DNA of 64,000 nucleotides from Eledone cirrhosa (taxonomy: Eukaryota): NCBI GenBank assembly GCA_964016885.1, contig OZ024742.1, positions 174,220,001-174,284,000 of the forward strand. Reading direction: 5' to 3'. This document shows positions 22,984-36,135 of this stretch, piece by piece. A program made the position numbers and the translations under genes. The number at the start of each line of letters is the position of its first letter. The stretch's first letter is position 1. The notes below the pieces were generated by a model. It saw nothing but the letters and a program-made list of their open reading frames with translations. It was not told the origin of the DNA and did no database searches.

Positions 22984-25900
22984 CATCATCTTCATCATCA
23001 TCATCATCATTTTACATCCGCTTTTCCCTGCTTGCAAGGGTGGGATGGGTCCTATTCAGCACAGCATCTCTCCACTTGTCACGGTCCTTTGTTATCTCCA
23101 CCGTGAGCTTCAGCGATCTGAGGTCTGCTCTCACCACCTCCGCCCATATTTTTTGTGGTCTTCCTCTACTACGTCTTTCTTCAACTGGCTTTCCTGGCAC
23201 TTCTTCACCCATCGGTCATCCTCCATGCTCATCACATGTCCATACCATCGCAGTCTCCTCTCCCGCACACTACAATTTGTCCCTTTCAGACACAGTTTCT
23301 CACTCAACACATCCATGTTTGGTCATTCACGCACATTGACATTGCACATCCAACGGAGCATGATTGCCTCATTTCTCTCCAGCCATCACATATCCTCTGC
23401 AGTTGCTGCCCATGTCTCACTACCATGCAGCATCAAGCACCTCACACAGGCATCATATAACTGGCCTTTCATACGCAGGGAGAAACCCTTCTTCATCAGC
23501 AGAGGAAGCAGCTCCCTAAACTTCTTCCAAACCATCCTTATTCTAGATACTATGGCCTCAAAGCACTCCCCTCCCATGCTGATCTGAGCACCTAGGTACC
23601 AAAAGCTATCAACTACTTCTATAGCATCCACCTGCATTTGAAAAATGTGTCTATCAATACGACTTCTACTGTCAAATTTCCCTGTACATCTACTGCATAC
23701 GTATTTCTCCCTACCTGTTAGTTTGCCTGCTATCCCACTATATCTCTTGTGTACCCAAGACCTGCATTGTGTACATTTTATAGAATTTATGCCAGTTCCT
23801 TTTCTGCATATCGAACATGGCCATTTCCCTGACGGAATCAGAGTTTTGTCCTCTTTTCTACTCATCAACACTTTAGTCTTAGTCAGGTTCACTCTCACTC
23901 CTCTTGATTCCAACTGCTGTTTCCATAGCCAGAATTAATTCTCTAGCTCCACCACTGATTCTGCTATAAGAAGCAGATCATCAGCATAGAGAAGTTCCCA
24001 TGGACAGCCAGTATTAAACTCCTCTGTTATGGCTTGGAGAACTAAAATGAACAAGAGCGGGCTGAGGACCAAACCCTGATGTACTCCTACTTGTATCTGG
24101 AATTCCTCACTAAACTCCATTCCTACCCTCACTTTACTGACAGCACCTCTGTACAAAGCTTGCACTGTCCTCACAAGCCATTCCTCAACCCCTAGTTTCC
24201 TTAAGGACCACCAGATGACAGATCGGAGTACCCTATCAAAGGCCTTCTCTAGATCAAATAAAAGCTAAGTAAAGTCGCTTATTCTTCTCTAAGAACCTAT
24301 TGTCTTACTAAGAAGAGGGCATCTGTTGTACTTTTCCCAGGCACAAACCAAACTGCATTTCATCTAGTTTGACCCTTACTCTAATTAGTTGCGCTAGTAT
24401 CCTTCTGCCACTTTCATAACCTGATCCATCAGCTTTATGCCCCTATAATTGTTCCTCTCTAGAGCATCCCCTTTACCTTTGTAGCAATTTATGAGAATAC
24501 TGCTGCACCACTCTTTGGATATGACACTGCCATATATAGGCTGATTGATGATGCATGCAACCAGTTTAGTGCCTACGTCCCCTGATGCCTTTAGCATCTC
24601 AGCAACTACCTCCAACAGTCCAGTGGCCTTACCATTTTTCATTTCCTTAATCGCCTCTTGGACCCTATATTTCTCAATATCTATAGCTGGTCCCTCTGTT
24701 GGATCTACTAAGGGTAATTTCTCTCTCTCCCATTCATTCTCCACATTCATCAGTCTCTCATAATGACATTTCCAGGCCTCCTTTTTCTGATTATTCGTGA
24801 TACTAAGTACACTGGCATCATTCCGGACACACTTATCAACAACATCCTGATTTGTACTGACACACTGCCTTGCAATGCGGAACACCACATGTCTCTGATC
24901 TTCCCGTCGCAGAACATTGGCAAACCTCCTACTCTCAGCCTCCCTGTGTGCTAAGTACACCTGACATCTAGCTTCTCTCTTAGCGGCTCAATATCCTTCT
25001 CTACTCTCACCATTTTTCCAAGCATTCCATGTTAGTCTTTTCCTATTGCTAACTCGAACTACCTCTATTGTCTTATTGATCCATCTCTCAGCCAGGAAAA
25101 TGCCTACTCCACCTAATCCATCATCATTGCCCACCCAGAAAAGCTTATAACTAAGATGTTTGCCTGCGATTAGTCTCGCAGAGGCACCTCTCCATCTCAC
25201 CACTTGCACGCAGCACATATCCACATGCCTTCTCTCCAGCATCTCCACTATTTCACCAGATCTACCTGTGAGAGTGCCAACATTAAGTGTTGCAACTCTG
25301 AGATGCGACGTCTTCATGTTCTTGTTCCTTTTCCTGTAGTGCGATTGCTTGATGACAGTCGGGGGTTGTCGCACATGGCCTCACCAGCCAGCCCACTACC
25401 GTGCGCAGCCCTAACATGGTTAGTGTTATTGCTGTTGATGCAGTTGTTGTTGTTGTGCAATTGCTTGATGACGGTCGGGGGGGTTCTCGCACATGGCCGC
25501 AAAAGCCACCCCACTACCGTGCGCAGCCCTAACATGGTTAGTGTTATTGTTGTTGACGCAGTTGTTGCACTTCACATTTGTTGTGCTCATAGTTTTTGGC
25601 AGTGGTATATATAATGGTTGGATGCCCTTCCTAACACCAGCACCACTTTACAGCATAGACTGGGTGCTTTTATTTGTGCCACCAGCACTAGAGAGGATGT
25701 CTTACTGGACTTAGGGGCCCTCTCTACCCCTCCATTTTACAGCATGGACTAGGTGCTTTTATTGGTGCCACCAGCACTAGAGAGGTTATCTTACTGGACT
25801 CAGGGACCCTAACCACCCCTCAATTTTCACAGTATGGACTGGGTGCTTTTATTGGTGCCACCAGCACTAGGGAAGTTGTCTTACTGGACTTAGGGGACTT

Positions 25901-26099
25901 CTCTACCCTGCACTATTTTATACGGAGTGGTAGCTCTCCTAGACGGGTTGCCTACATTACGGCTTATGAAGCTTCCGTCCGAGCTTTGTCTGTTCTATGA
26001 TATATTCACGAGGGAGTGGTTAGCATACAGTGTCAGGCATGTATACCGAATGTGGTGGAGGTTAAGTGAGAACCATAATGGCTTACACAATATATACAT
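22984..26099 (-). mobile_element. RTE LINE with 5' UTR, internally deleted (APE start, RT, 3' tail)
   Basis: LRVATLNVGTL (APE), GVHQG, ELLYADDL, LHGSETW, RRLRWYGHV; (GAT)n tail at 22984; candidate TSD AAGAAT at 22978 and 26100; APE jumps to the linker at ~25040. Confidence 0.9.
25339..25920. repeat. Tandem repeats in the RTE 5' UTR (2 x ~116 bp; 3 x ~90 bp)
   Basis: GTGCxATTGCTTGATGAC at 25339 and 25455; CCAGCACTAG at 25682, 25771, 25861. Confidence 0.9.
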
Positions 26100-26189
26100 A
26101 AGAATTAAATAATCTCATTTAAGAAACACACAACTTTTCAAAAATTGTTGACCAGTATTACCAGTTGCATAAAGAGGTTCTACCCCCAG

Positions 26190-26510
26190 CGCACCCTGTC
26201 AAGCATTGCTATATAATGTTTCCTTACCTCTAAGCCTCTTTCATCTTTGAGGAAATTCCTCAGTGTGATGATTGGTTTCCCAACTTGTATGCACACATCT
26301 GGACCCCAGAAAAATTTCTGCTAGCAGGCTCATTGTAACATATCACATATCCAGCTAATGCAAGCCTCTATTGCTTCATGATGTTAGAAAGGTGAATTAT
26401 AGAGTGTTTTATTTGTTACATATGCTGTTCAAGAGAGTTTCGATACCTTTCTCAGCATTCACTTGTATGTGCCACTGATCTACTTTGTGAGGGATTTTGT
26501 TAATGTCCAT
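26190..26510 (-). mobile_element. RTE-X-like LINE 3' fragment
   Basis: Minus translation RLALAGYVICYNEPASR. Confidence 0.5.
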
Positions 26511-26520
26511 ATATATATAT

Positions 26521-29500
26521 ATCATCATCATCATCGTTTAAAGTCTATCTTCCACGCTAGCATGGGTTTAGACGGGAATTTTCCCACTTGAGGCAAGAGT
26601 GGTTGTCTTGCTCATATAGGACTGTCTGGCAGGTTTTCTACGGCTGGATGCCCTTCCTAACACCAACCATGTTTACAGTGTGGACTGGGAGGTTTTTACC
26701 GTGTTACCTACAAGGCCACATTACAGCGTGGACTGTGTATTTTTTTTTTGTGACACCTACACGACGTCATTTATTTAGGACTGGATGTTGTGGTACCAAC
26801 ATAACTTTACATCGAAAGGGGTGGTGTTGATGGGGGTGGGGGTAAGGGTAGTGGGATGGGGGTGTAATTTTGGTTAAGAGGTGCCTACTGACTGTAGGTT
26901 TCACTTTGTACTTAGGCAAGGTGGGTCTTCTGTATTACAGCGTAGCGCCAAAGATCTCGGTCCAGTGACATTGTCTTGGAGAGGTGTAAGTGTGTAAGGT
27001 CGGAATTTGTCAAATCATCCCAGGTTTTTCTGGGTCTGCCTACTCCGTAGCTTCCATCAATTTTGATCGCCCTGACCTTTTTTTATACAACTGTCATCTT
27101 TCATGCGCATCACGTGACCATACCAACATAGTTTTCTCTCGAGTAAACAGCATCTGACCCCTCTTATTCCTAATTTCTCACATAGTTCATTTATGCTTTG
27201 CCATTCATGTATATTACTATTACACATCCAATGGAGCATGCAAGCTTCGTTCCTCTCCAGTCTGTGCAGATCCTCTGTACACAATGCCCTTGTCTCACTG
27301 CCATGTAGCATTGCTGTTCGTATACAGGCATCATACAATCTGCCTTTAATATTTAGAGAGAAACCTTTTGTGGCCAATAGTGGTATAAGCTCTCTGAACT
27401 TTTTCCATCCTGTTCTGACTCTGGCTACTGTACTTTCAGAATACCCTCCACCACTACTGATTTTGTCACCCAGGTAACGGAAGGTGTCCACTATTTCTAT
27501 AGAACCATCTCAGCAACGGAAGGAGCTAGTATCCTGTGGGGACTTATTGCACCTGAGCACCGACCACATATAAAATCTATGTTAGCTTACCTGTGATCCC
27601 ACTACATCTTTTATGCACCCATACTTTGCATTTTTGGGACATAATATGGAGTTTCTGCCTACTCTTTTTCTACACATTGGCCATTTCCCAGAGGGGACCA
27701 GTGCCCTATTTTCCCTCCTACATACTAGAAATTTAGTCTTAGCGAAGTTAACTTTTGATTCTAGGCCAAGCTTTCATGTTTGGAATTTCTTCTATAGTTC
27801 AGCCATCGATTCAGCTATGAGCGTTAGATCATCTGCGTATAAAAGTTCCCATGGGCAGCGGGTCTTGAACTCCTCTGTTATAGCGTGAAGGGCAATAAAA
27901 AATAGGAGGCAGCTAAAGACAGAGCCCTGATGAACACCAACTTTTACGCGAAATTCTTCACTATATTCGTTGTTAATTCTAACCTTGCTGACTGTTTCTT
28001 TATACATGGCTTGTATAGCTCTCACAAGCCATTTATCTACACCTAGTTTTCTATGAGCCCACCAGATAATGGAGTGGGGGACTCTGTCGAAGGCTTTCTC
28101 CAAGTCAACAAAAGCTAAGTATAGGGGTTTACTTTTAGCTAGGTAATTCTCCTGTAGTTGTCGTACAAGGAAAAAGCATCTGTGTTACTTTTACCTGACA
28201 CAAACCCAAACTGCATTTCATCTAGTTCAATTCGCTCTCTGATTAGTTGCATCATAACTCTTTCTGCGACTTTCATGACCTGGTCAATTAATTTAATGCC
28301 TCTATAGTTTCCCCTATCTAGGGCATCTCCTTTACCCTTGTAGCAGTTAATGATGATGCTGCTCTGCCAGTCATTTGGTATGACCCCATTCTGTATGACT
28401 TGGTTTACTCTCCGGGTGACCATAGTGTGTTCCACCGATCCAGTTGCTTTCAGCATTTCAGCAACTATCTCTGAAGGCCCAGCTGTTTTGCCTGTCTTCA
28501 TATCTTTGATTGCCTTACTTATTATTCTACCATCAACTTGCACTGCTGGCCTCTCTATTGGATCGATTTGGGGCAGACTATCTTTTTCCCATTTATTCTC
28601 CTCATTTAGTAGCCTCTCGTAGTGACACTTCCAAGCTACCTTCTTATCAGCATCAGTGATGGCAAGTATACCATCATCATTACGGACACACTTCTCACCG
28701 ACAATATCACGGTTTTACTTGACACATTGTCTAGCAATCCTGAACACCTCATGTTTTTGGTCCTCACATTGTAGAACATGCTTGAACTTTCTTTCCCCTG
28801 CTTCCCTTCTTGCAAAGAACACTTGTCTCCTAGCTCCCCTCCTGACCACTTGATAGTGTTCTCTACTTCCCCCATACCACCATACTTTCCAAGCTTGATT
28901 TTTGGCCTTGATTGACTCCTCCACCTTACTGTTCCACCACCATGTTACTCTCCCTGTAGGTCTGCTCCAGCCACAGATTTCATCTGTCGCCTTCAACAGG
29001 TTAACTTTCAGGAATTACCACTGTTCCTCTATACTGTACATCTCTAATTGCTCTTCCTTACTGTCAAAAGCATCAAGTAATGTGCTTTTAAATGTTTTAC
29101 TGGCTGTGGGGTCCTTTAACTTCCATATTCTTCTTCTTAGGGTAGTCCTCCTCTGTTGTCGAGTACGTCTCATCCTGACTATGAGGTCGCTAACTATGAG
29201 GTTATGTTGGGAGGTGCATTCTTCGCGGGGGAGGGGTTTAGTGTTTACAACAGACACTTTGTCACATCTTCTGGTAAGGATATAATCTATCTGACTGGCG
29301 TGTTCCCCTGATCTATAGGTGATCAAGTGTTTGTCTTGTTTTTTTAAGTTTGTGTTAAAGATAGTTAAGTTATTAGCATCACAGAATTCCAGGATTCTGA
29401 AGCCTTCCTCATTTCTGGTACCAAACCCATAGCCTCCATGAATTCCATCATAGACATCACAATGTTGTCCAACATGACCATTTATGTCGCCAGTAATAAT

Positions 29501-29750
29501 TATGTAGTCACTGTCGGTTAGTTGGGAGGTAGTGAGCATTAGTGACTCGTAGAATCTGTCTTTTATAACGCCAGGCAGTCCAGATTGGGGTGCATAAGTG
29601 GATATTATTGTCACAGAAGTTCTATTTAGGACAATTCTTATTTTGATTATTCTGTCGTTCACTCTATTTACTCACTTACCTTATCTACCCATTTTTCTGC
29701 TAACATAATTCCTACTCCACCCATCCCATTTTCATTTCCCACCCAGAAAT
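26521..29750 (-). mobile_element. RTE LINE, ~3.2 kb, 5'-truncated within APE, frameshifted
   Basis: APE (YAPQ, GDINGHVG, SQIDYIL), RT (YKGKGD, YRGIKL, EKAFDRV, YADDL), C-terminus WYGHV, 3' UTR and (GAT)n tail. Confidence 0.95.
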
Positions 29751-30234
29751 ATATAGTATAATTATGTTTCATTCATTAAACATCTATGTGCGACCATTGG
29801 CTTTGGAATTCAATTATGGCCACCTGTGTTTATTGGAGGAGGCACTTCCAAATTGATCCCTCATCAGGCATACAGACAAATGTATGAAAAATGAAGTTTC
29901 TTCAACCAACAATCTTCACTCCAAACAGAGAAAAGATTCATATTGGAAACATAGGAAATAATTCTGGAGTGAAGGAACTGTCAGCCTTAATTTATCATGT
30001 AGTATAAGTTGCATGCAATTATCTAAAACCTTTGATTCCCATGATTGAGCCTGCTAAAATGAATATGGTAGAATTGAGAATCGAGGGAAGAAACTTTTCA
30101 GCTATATTGTAAATAGTTAAAATAATTAAGATAAAAAAATATATATATACACACACAAATATATAAAAGTACATATATTTATATATATATATTTATATAT
30201 ATATATTTATATATATATATATATAAATATATAT

Positions 30235-30298
30235 ATTTTGTCTGATGAAGGCATAGCATATTGTTAATATGATATCCCCGAAATATATATAATGAAAT
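30235..30298 (+). ncRNA. Type-I hammerhead ribozyme at the 5' end of a ~195-bp insert between TA tracts
   Basis: ATTTTGT-CTGATGA-aGGcATAgCATATT gtt AATATGaTATcCCc-GAA-ATATATAT-A-ATGAAAT: 7-bp stem I with wobbles, long stem II, palindromic stem III. Confidence 0.65.
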
Positions 30299-30566
30299 AA
30301 ATATGGTTTTATAAATATAGTTTTCCATTTATTTAATATTGCAAATATACTCCAAATATTTGTCGAGTGCTTTTATATCAGTTATAAATATTTACTAGTT
30401 GTAACCCAACAATTTTAAATATAACTTTACATATATTTATATATATATATTTATATATATATATATATATGTATATAATGTAGGAGGTGAGTTTTATTGT
30501 AGTACAATAAAGCAATGCAGATATCGGATAAGTAGCACTCTCCAGTTTGTAGGACTGGAGTATAAA

Positions 30567-30741
30567 TAATATATAAGATCAAAAGATGGTTAAAAGAGTT
30601 CCATGTATTTTATTATGCGCATTTCAAAAACAAACATCATCATGCGATGACGCAAATGTCATCGCATGATGATGTTTGTTTTTGAGATGCGCATAATAAA
30701 ATACATGGAACTTTTTAACCATCTTTTGATCTTATATATTA
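30567..30741. repeat. Near-perfect hairpin, ~85-bp arms with 6-nt loop GCAAAT
   Basis: ...CATCATCATGCGATGAC gcaaat GTCATCGCATGATGATG...; flanked by TA repeats. Confidence 0.95.
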
Positions 30742-30770
30742 TATATGTATATATATATATATATTTATAT

Positions 30771-31070
30771 GGAGGCACATGGCTTAGTGGTTAGAGCATT
30801 GGCTTTGCAATCGAAAGGTTGTGAGTTCAATTCTCAGACCGGGTGATGTGTTGTTTCCTTGAGCAAGACACTTTATTTCACATTGCTCCAGTTTACTCAG
30901 CTGTAGAAATGATCGTGGAGGTGCCACGGGAAAAAAGCACCCAGCACTCACTATAAATGAGGTTAGTGTTAGGAAGGGCATCCAGCTGTAGAAATCAAGC
31001 CAGTATCAGTTCCCGTCCCACCCTTGCAAGCAGGGAAAAAGCGGACGTAAAATGAAATGATGATGATGAT
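30771..31070 (+). mobile_element. Composite tRNA/CORE-like/RTE-tail SINE, internally deleted
   Basis: Same family as 10818 and 61705; A and B boxes; (GAT)n tail. Confidence 0.85.
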
Positions 31071-31249
31071 ATATACACACACATATATACTCACACACAT
31101 ATATATGCACATATATGCCGAAACATTAGCTGTAGAATCTGAAACTATCAGTAGAAATTTTCTTTTCTCATCATTGACTTCCCACCAATGGGAGGGTGTT
31201 ATTGGTCAGGAGTCAAAACACACAATGAACATTGGACATCATCTGATGA

Positions 31250-31420
31250 CAATAAACCCTCATGGCCAAGTTTATATTTACCAATGGTGAATGAATGTGA
31301 GGCACCTATTTTAGAATATAATTATTCCTGGAACCCTATATTAAGTTCTTATGATACTACTACAGAGGGCATCCAGTTTAGAATATATACTCCATAGAGC
31401 AGCATGTCTTAGAAGAAGAT
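31250..31420 (+). mobile_element. CR1-like RT fragment, very degenerate
   Basis: PILEYNYSWNPIL..EGIQ resembles RPILEYxSxxWxP..IExxQ. Confidence 0.45.
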
Positions 31421-32414
31421 TAATAGAGCTGGGACCAGGAAAGGCATCAGACTGTGAAATCATGTCTCAAAAAGAACAATATATCACAGAACATTCAAGG
31501 TTAAAATGTATTTGATCAGAGGAAAAGACGCTTCTAGTTGTTATGGTGATATTTATCTTTTTAGGAATCAGCTTGGCTTTTAGCAACACAGATATGTGGC
31601 AGAATTATAAATTGTCCCAAATGTATAATTTAAATTTGTTTCTGATCAAATCGAAGTATTGTAAGAAATCATTTAACCTAAGTATACATCAGAGTAATCA
31701 ATCATGAAATATATAATTTTGATACTAAACTGCCTCTGGTTCATTGGTACAAAATTATTTGTTTTATAGTGTTTATATTTATCTAAAATTCTTCCATCAT
31801 AATTTTATGTAAGAACATTTGTTAAAGCATATTACTAATAGCAGATGAATAATGAGGAAATTAGCTATTTAACCCAATACCTTCAAGTTCTTTATTATTC
31901 TTTATGTTATCATTATTTTCATTAGAGATATGGTAATGAAAGGGTTAAATTATATCATTAAATGAAATGAAACATTTGATAGTTCAATCTAAAAGAATAC
32001 AAAGAAGAGCAGTTCCTAGTGTTTAACATTACATGTCAGCTTTAAATATTTTGTATGTTTTGATATAAACCTGTTATCATTGATTTAAATGTAGGAAAAT
32101 AAACAAAACTAAACTAATTTTCATTAATAAAAATACAGATATGATACCAGATATTAAACAGAAATTGTTTATACATATGAATATAAGATGTTTACAAGTT
32201 TGGCACAGCCATATGGAGAGGGAACCTAAACTAAAAGCAAAAGAATGGATGCTGTTTCTCAATAGTTGGAGAAAGTAGTTAGCACGAATAGGCCATGTAA
32301 ATGTAAGGATTGTGTTAATGCATGGATCAAGTTAACATATGGTCCTTTTCAATGTATGGATTAAGTTAATGAAGTAAAATTTTATTGCTTTCTACTTCGT
32401 TATTATACCAATAA

Positions 32415-32602
32415 GGGGCGTTTGGCAGATTTGGTAGAGGGTCGGATGCCATGCTTTGACGCATAGAGTTATGGCCCTTGCAATTCTGAGTTCCAATCCC
32501 GCCGAGGTTAACTTTGCCTTTCATCTTTACAGGGGTCGACAAAATAAAGTACCAGTAATGCACTGGTTAAATGCTGGCCTTGTGCCAAAAGTAGAAACAA
32601 TT
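32415..32602 (+). mobile_element. Meta-like tRNA SINE
   Basis: Matches the 11882 copy. Confidence 0.85.
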
Positions 32603-32703
32603 ATTATACTGATACTCTGACCTTCACAATCCCATATCATACTAGGAATGGTACAGTGATGTTGAATCCTGAATACTACTTATACAAATGTTAATTTATA
32701 TAC

Positions 32704-32736
<33 letters not shown>

Positions 32737-33599
32737 GATAAGCTGCTTTCACAGAATTTCCATCTACCAAATTTCATTCCCACAGAAAGATTAACTACAA
32801 CTGAACATAATCAAACATGGTTTGGTAGTGAAATGAAAGCCTTGTGTTGACCAATGCCTTATGACTGAAATTTGATAGATGGAATCTGTTGAAGCCTGTC
32901 ATACATATATACACAAACACACACACATAGACACACAAACATGTTTATAAGGCCGCTAGGCTCTTAACTCTATCACTCTTATCTGATGTACTGGCTGAAT
33001 CAAAAGTATATAAAAGCTTTTTTATCTTCAATTGTGTATGTTCTGTCAAAAGACACACATCTAAGTCAAATAACATGTTATACGACTTTTTCTCTTTCTT
33101 TCTCATTCATATTTTGTTTCATTCCATTTATTTATGAATGAAATATAGACTTATCTTTAGTAGCTTCATTATAATTGGTGCCTGTGGCTCATCTGGCATT
33201 TACCCTCCTACCCCATTCATCACCATATCCTTCTAGACCAATCAAACCATGGCAGCACAAATGTATCTTAACTTTTAACTCAGTCTATCGCAATATTCAC
33301 TATTATTTAGTTAGTTAATCAATCTAAAAGTCCATATAGAGCTAGTATACCACTGCAGACTAGGGGAAGAATCTAGTAATTTATACAGTTGAGAAATACA
33401 AAAATTAAATAAAAGGGATGAGTGAATATAAAAATAAATAAAAAATAAAATAAAATAAAACATTTAAATTGGAAAAGCCAATTGGTGGCAAAATATGCAT
33501 GAAATAGAATAAAGAAAAACTGGGAAGCAAGAAAATCTGTAAAGCAGCTGGAAGTGTTTGTTGTTGCGTGTTTCTGTAACATCTATGTACTTATATTTT

Positions 33600-34420
33600 C
33601 TTTATGTTTATAGATGTTAGATCTTTTACAATATATTGTATCTGTAATTTTGGTCCTTTTTTAATAATCCGTTTCAAGATGTCCTTTTTTTCAAACTGGT
33701 AGCTTTCACATTGGAAAAAATTAGGCCAAAGAGTTTCTGGGAAGTCACCACAAGAACATAGGTGTATTTTACTATGACTAGTTCCTGATAAAATTGAGTT
33801 CGAAGCTAGAAAAGTCTTTTTTTCTTAACATTTCTCAGTGTCTGATTTGTTTTAAATGCTGTAAGATCTGGTTAAGATACATTACCCAAATTTATCCCAC
33901 CCTTGATTAATTCTATTTTTGCTAAATGATTTCACTTATGATAGATTTGGGATGTATTCTATAACTATTATTTCCCTTTGTGTTAATTCCTTTGCTAATT
34001 CATCTGATTTCCTATTTCCTCTAATATCCGTATGGCATGGTATCCAGATCAATTTTATTTGTTATTTTTATTATTCTCTGAGACGTAGTTATCTATTCTT
34101 AGCAGAGCACTCTTAATATCACTAACCAGATCCCTTTTTCTTGATTGAAACAGGTCTTGGTTTGATAAACGATCAGAAAACAGAAAGATTTTTTCCCATG
34201 GTATTTCTGAATCTATGAATAATGTAATTTCCTACAACTCGATGTCAAATATTGCGAAAACACAATGTAATTTGAAGTTTTTATCTCTATTATTATTTTA
34301 GAAAGTCCAAGTAGCTCCACACTCAACTCTCTTGTTTGAATGTGCCCTATCTATGTAACTAATCCAGTTGTTAAAACTGATTGACTGAGTGATAATGTTA
34401 TGGCTTCCTCTTTTGAGATT
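33600..34420 (-). mobile_element. RNase-H-bearing LINE fragment (I/Nimb/R1/Loa group)
   Basis: Minus translation KIFLFSDRLS (~34170-34195) and KLIWIPCHTDIRGNRKSDELAK (~33992-34056), matching RNase H SDS and WIPGHxGxxGNExAD motifs. Confidence 0.65.
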
Positions 34421-34431
34421 TTAAACAATGC

Positions 34432-35185
34432 TATACATTTTTCTGGGTGGAGAAGGAAAATGGGCTGGATGAAGTAGGTATTATGTTATCAGAAAAATGG
34501 GTAGATAAGGTAATTGCTGTCAATAGAGAGAATAACAGAATCATTGAACATAGACATATAGAATAATTGCAATAACTGGAGTTCCTGAAAGATAATCTAC
34601 TGATGGTTACAAAGGAAATCTGTAGCTTAAACAATGAAGAGTCAAGGAACTGAGAGAGAAACTAGGCATAAAAGGGATCAGATACAATGTGCAGGATATT
34701 GTGGTGATATGGACATGTGATGCATATTGAGGATGACAGCTGTATAAAAAGATGCAAGGCATTCAAAGTTCATGGAATTTATGGAAGAAAAAGACATAGG
34801 AAAGCTTATCTTGCCCAATTGAAGCTCTCAAAAGAGATGACAAAAGATTGAGATATTTGGCAAACCCCCACCTTCCCATGTGCATGTGCACACCATCAAA
34901 CAAATTTGTAGAGAATACTAGTCTGCACCAATCTTCTCTTTCTACCTCCCCAGCCATACCTCCCACTCACCAACTAAATGTCCCATACATCATGTCCATG
35001 TTGAATTTGCTTACTTGTCCACAAATAAAAGTATCCATTCCACACTGTAACGTGGTTGGCATTAGGAAGGGCAACCGGCTATAGAAACCAAGCCAAAATA
35101 CAGATCCGTATGAACAATACGTGGCAACCTGACCTAACTTGTCTCATAATGTGAGATAATGTCTAACACATGCAACGGTGATCAT
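34432..35185 (+). mobile_element. Heavily internally deleted RTE (APE piece, linker, C-terminus, 3' UTR)
   Basis: FFWV..VGIMLSEKWVDKV joined to KEIC and then *YGHVM pieces, followed by the GGAAGGGCA module. Confidence 0.75.
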
Positions 35186-35187
35186 GC

Positions 35188-35238
<51 letters not shown>

Positions 35239-35570
35239 ATAAAGTAAACAAATATGCAACACAGGAAAATAATATAATACAATGAAGATTTATATTAGTT
35301 TAACATTTGATATAGTAGGAAAAGAGATTTAACATTTCATTCATTAGTCCTTCATCAGAAGATAGAACGAGAGATGAAAAAATAGAAAGATAGATGAGAG
35401 TGATAAGAAACAGAAACAGAAAAAAAAAACATATTTTGAGAGAAAGCACATGCCAAGGTTATAGAAAAATTGAAAATATTTTAAAATGAAGAAAATGTTT
35501 AAATTCCAACTATACCATATTTTTCTTATTTAGTATTCATACTCTATGATGACTCATTGTTAGAGCTTAC

Positions 35571-35632
<62 letters not shown>

Positions 35633-36135
35633 CCAAAGAATAAGGCACAGTCTAACACCAATTTCCATTTCAGAAAAGATTAAAGTAAAACTGAAATCCC
35701 AAACAGAGAACGATTCCCACAGAAGATAAAAATATGAATTTATTAAAAGATTATTCAAATCTGTTATCACCATTTTTAAATTGCTAAAGTATCGGGAATG
35801 ATTCACAAGACATTTAACGATTCTTGTGATGCTCATTTATGGCATATTTTGAGATATTCAATAGAATATTTTCCAAGACACAATCAATTGAAAATCATGA
35901 GATTAAACAATACAACAATAACAAACGTTCTAAATTGGATTTACATTCACCAAATAATATACAGCATACATAGGCACACACACAAACACACACACACACA
36001 TACACACACATATATATATATAGTAACCCATGTGCAACAACGCAGCACTCGATTCTTCTCATATTTATATATATATATGATATATATATGTATAAATATA
36101 ATGATAATAATTGTTTCTACTATGTATAATTATAA

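Larger units (their letters stand above)
20297..26157 (+). mobile_element. Chapaev3 (CMC) DNA transposon with both TIRs, interrupted by an RTE LINE
   Basis: 5' TIR CACTGGTCAACAA (20297) and 3' TIR TTGTTGACCAGTa (26145-26157); flanks TAA and TTA (TWA-type target); transposase inside. Confidence 0.8.

Noticed and set aside
25930-26099. HDV-like ribozyme at the RTE 5' end (also considered at 53960-54190)
   Set aside because: Only the common RTE 5' motif GGCAACCxGTCTAGGAG is recognisable; I could not build the nested double pseudoknot
30771-30845. tRNA gene
   Set aside because: A and B boxes are present, but it continues into a SINE body and has no proper acceptor stem
35310-35370. Hammerhead-like CTGATGAAGG..GAAAT on the minus strand
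   Set aside because: Stems I and II do not pair; a relic at best
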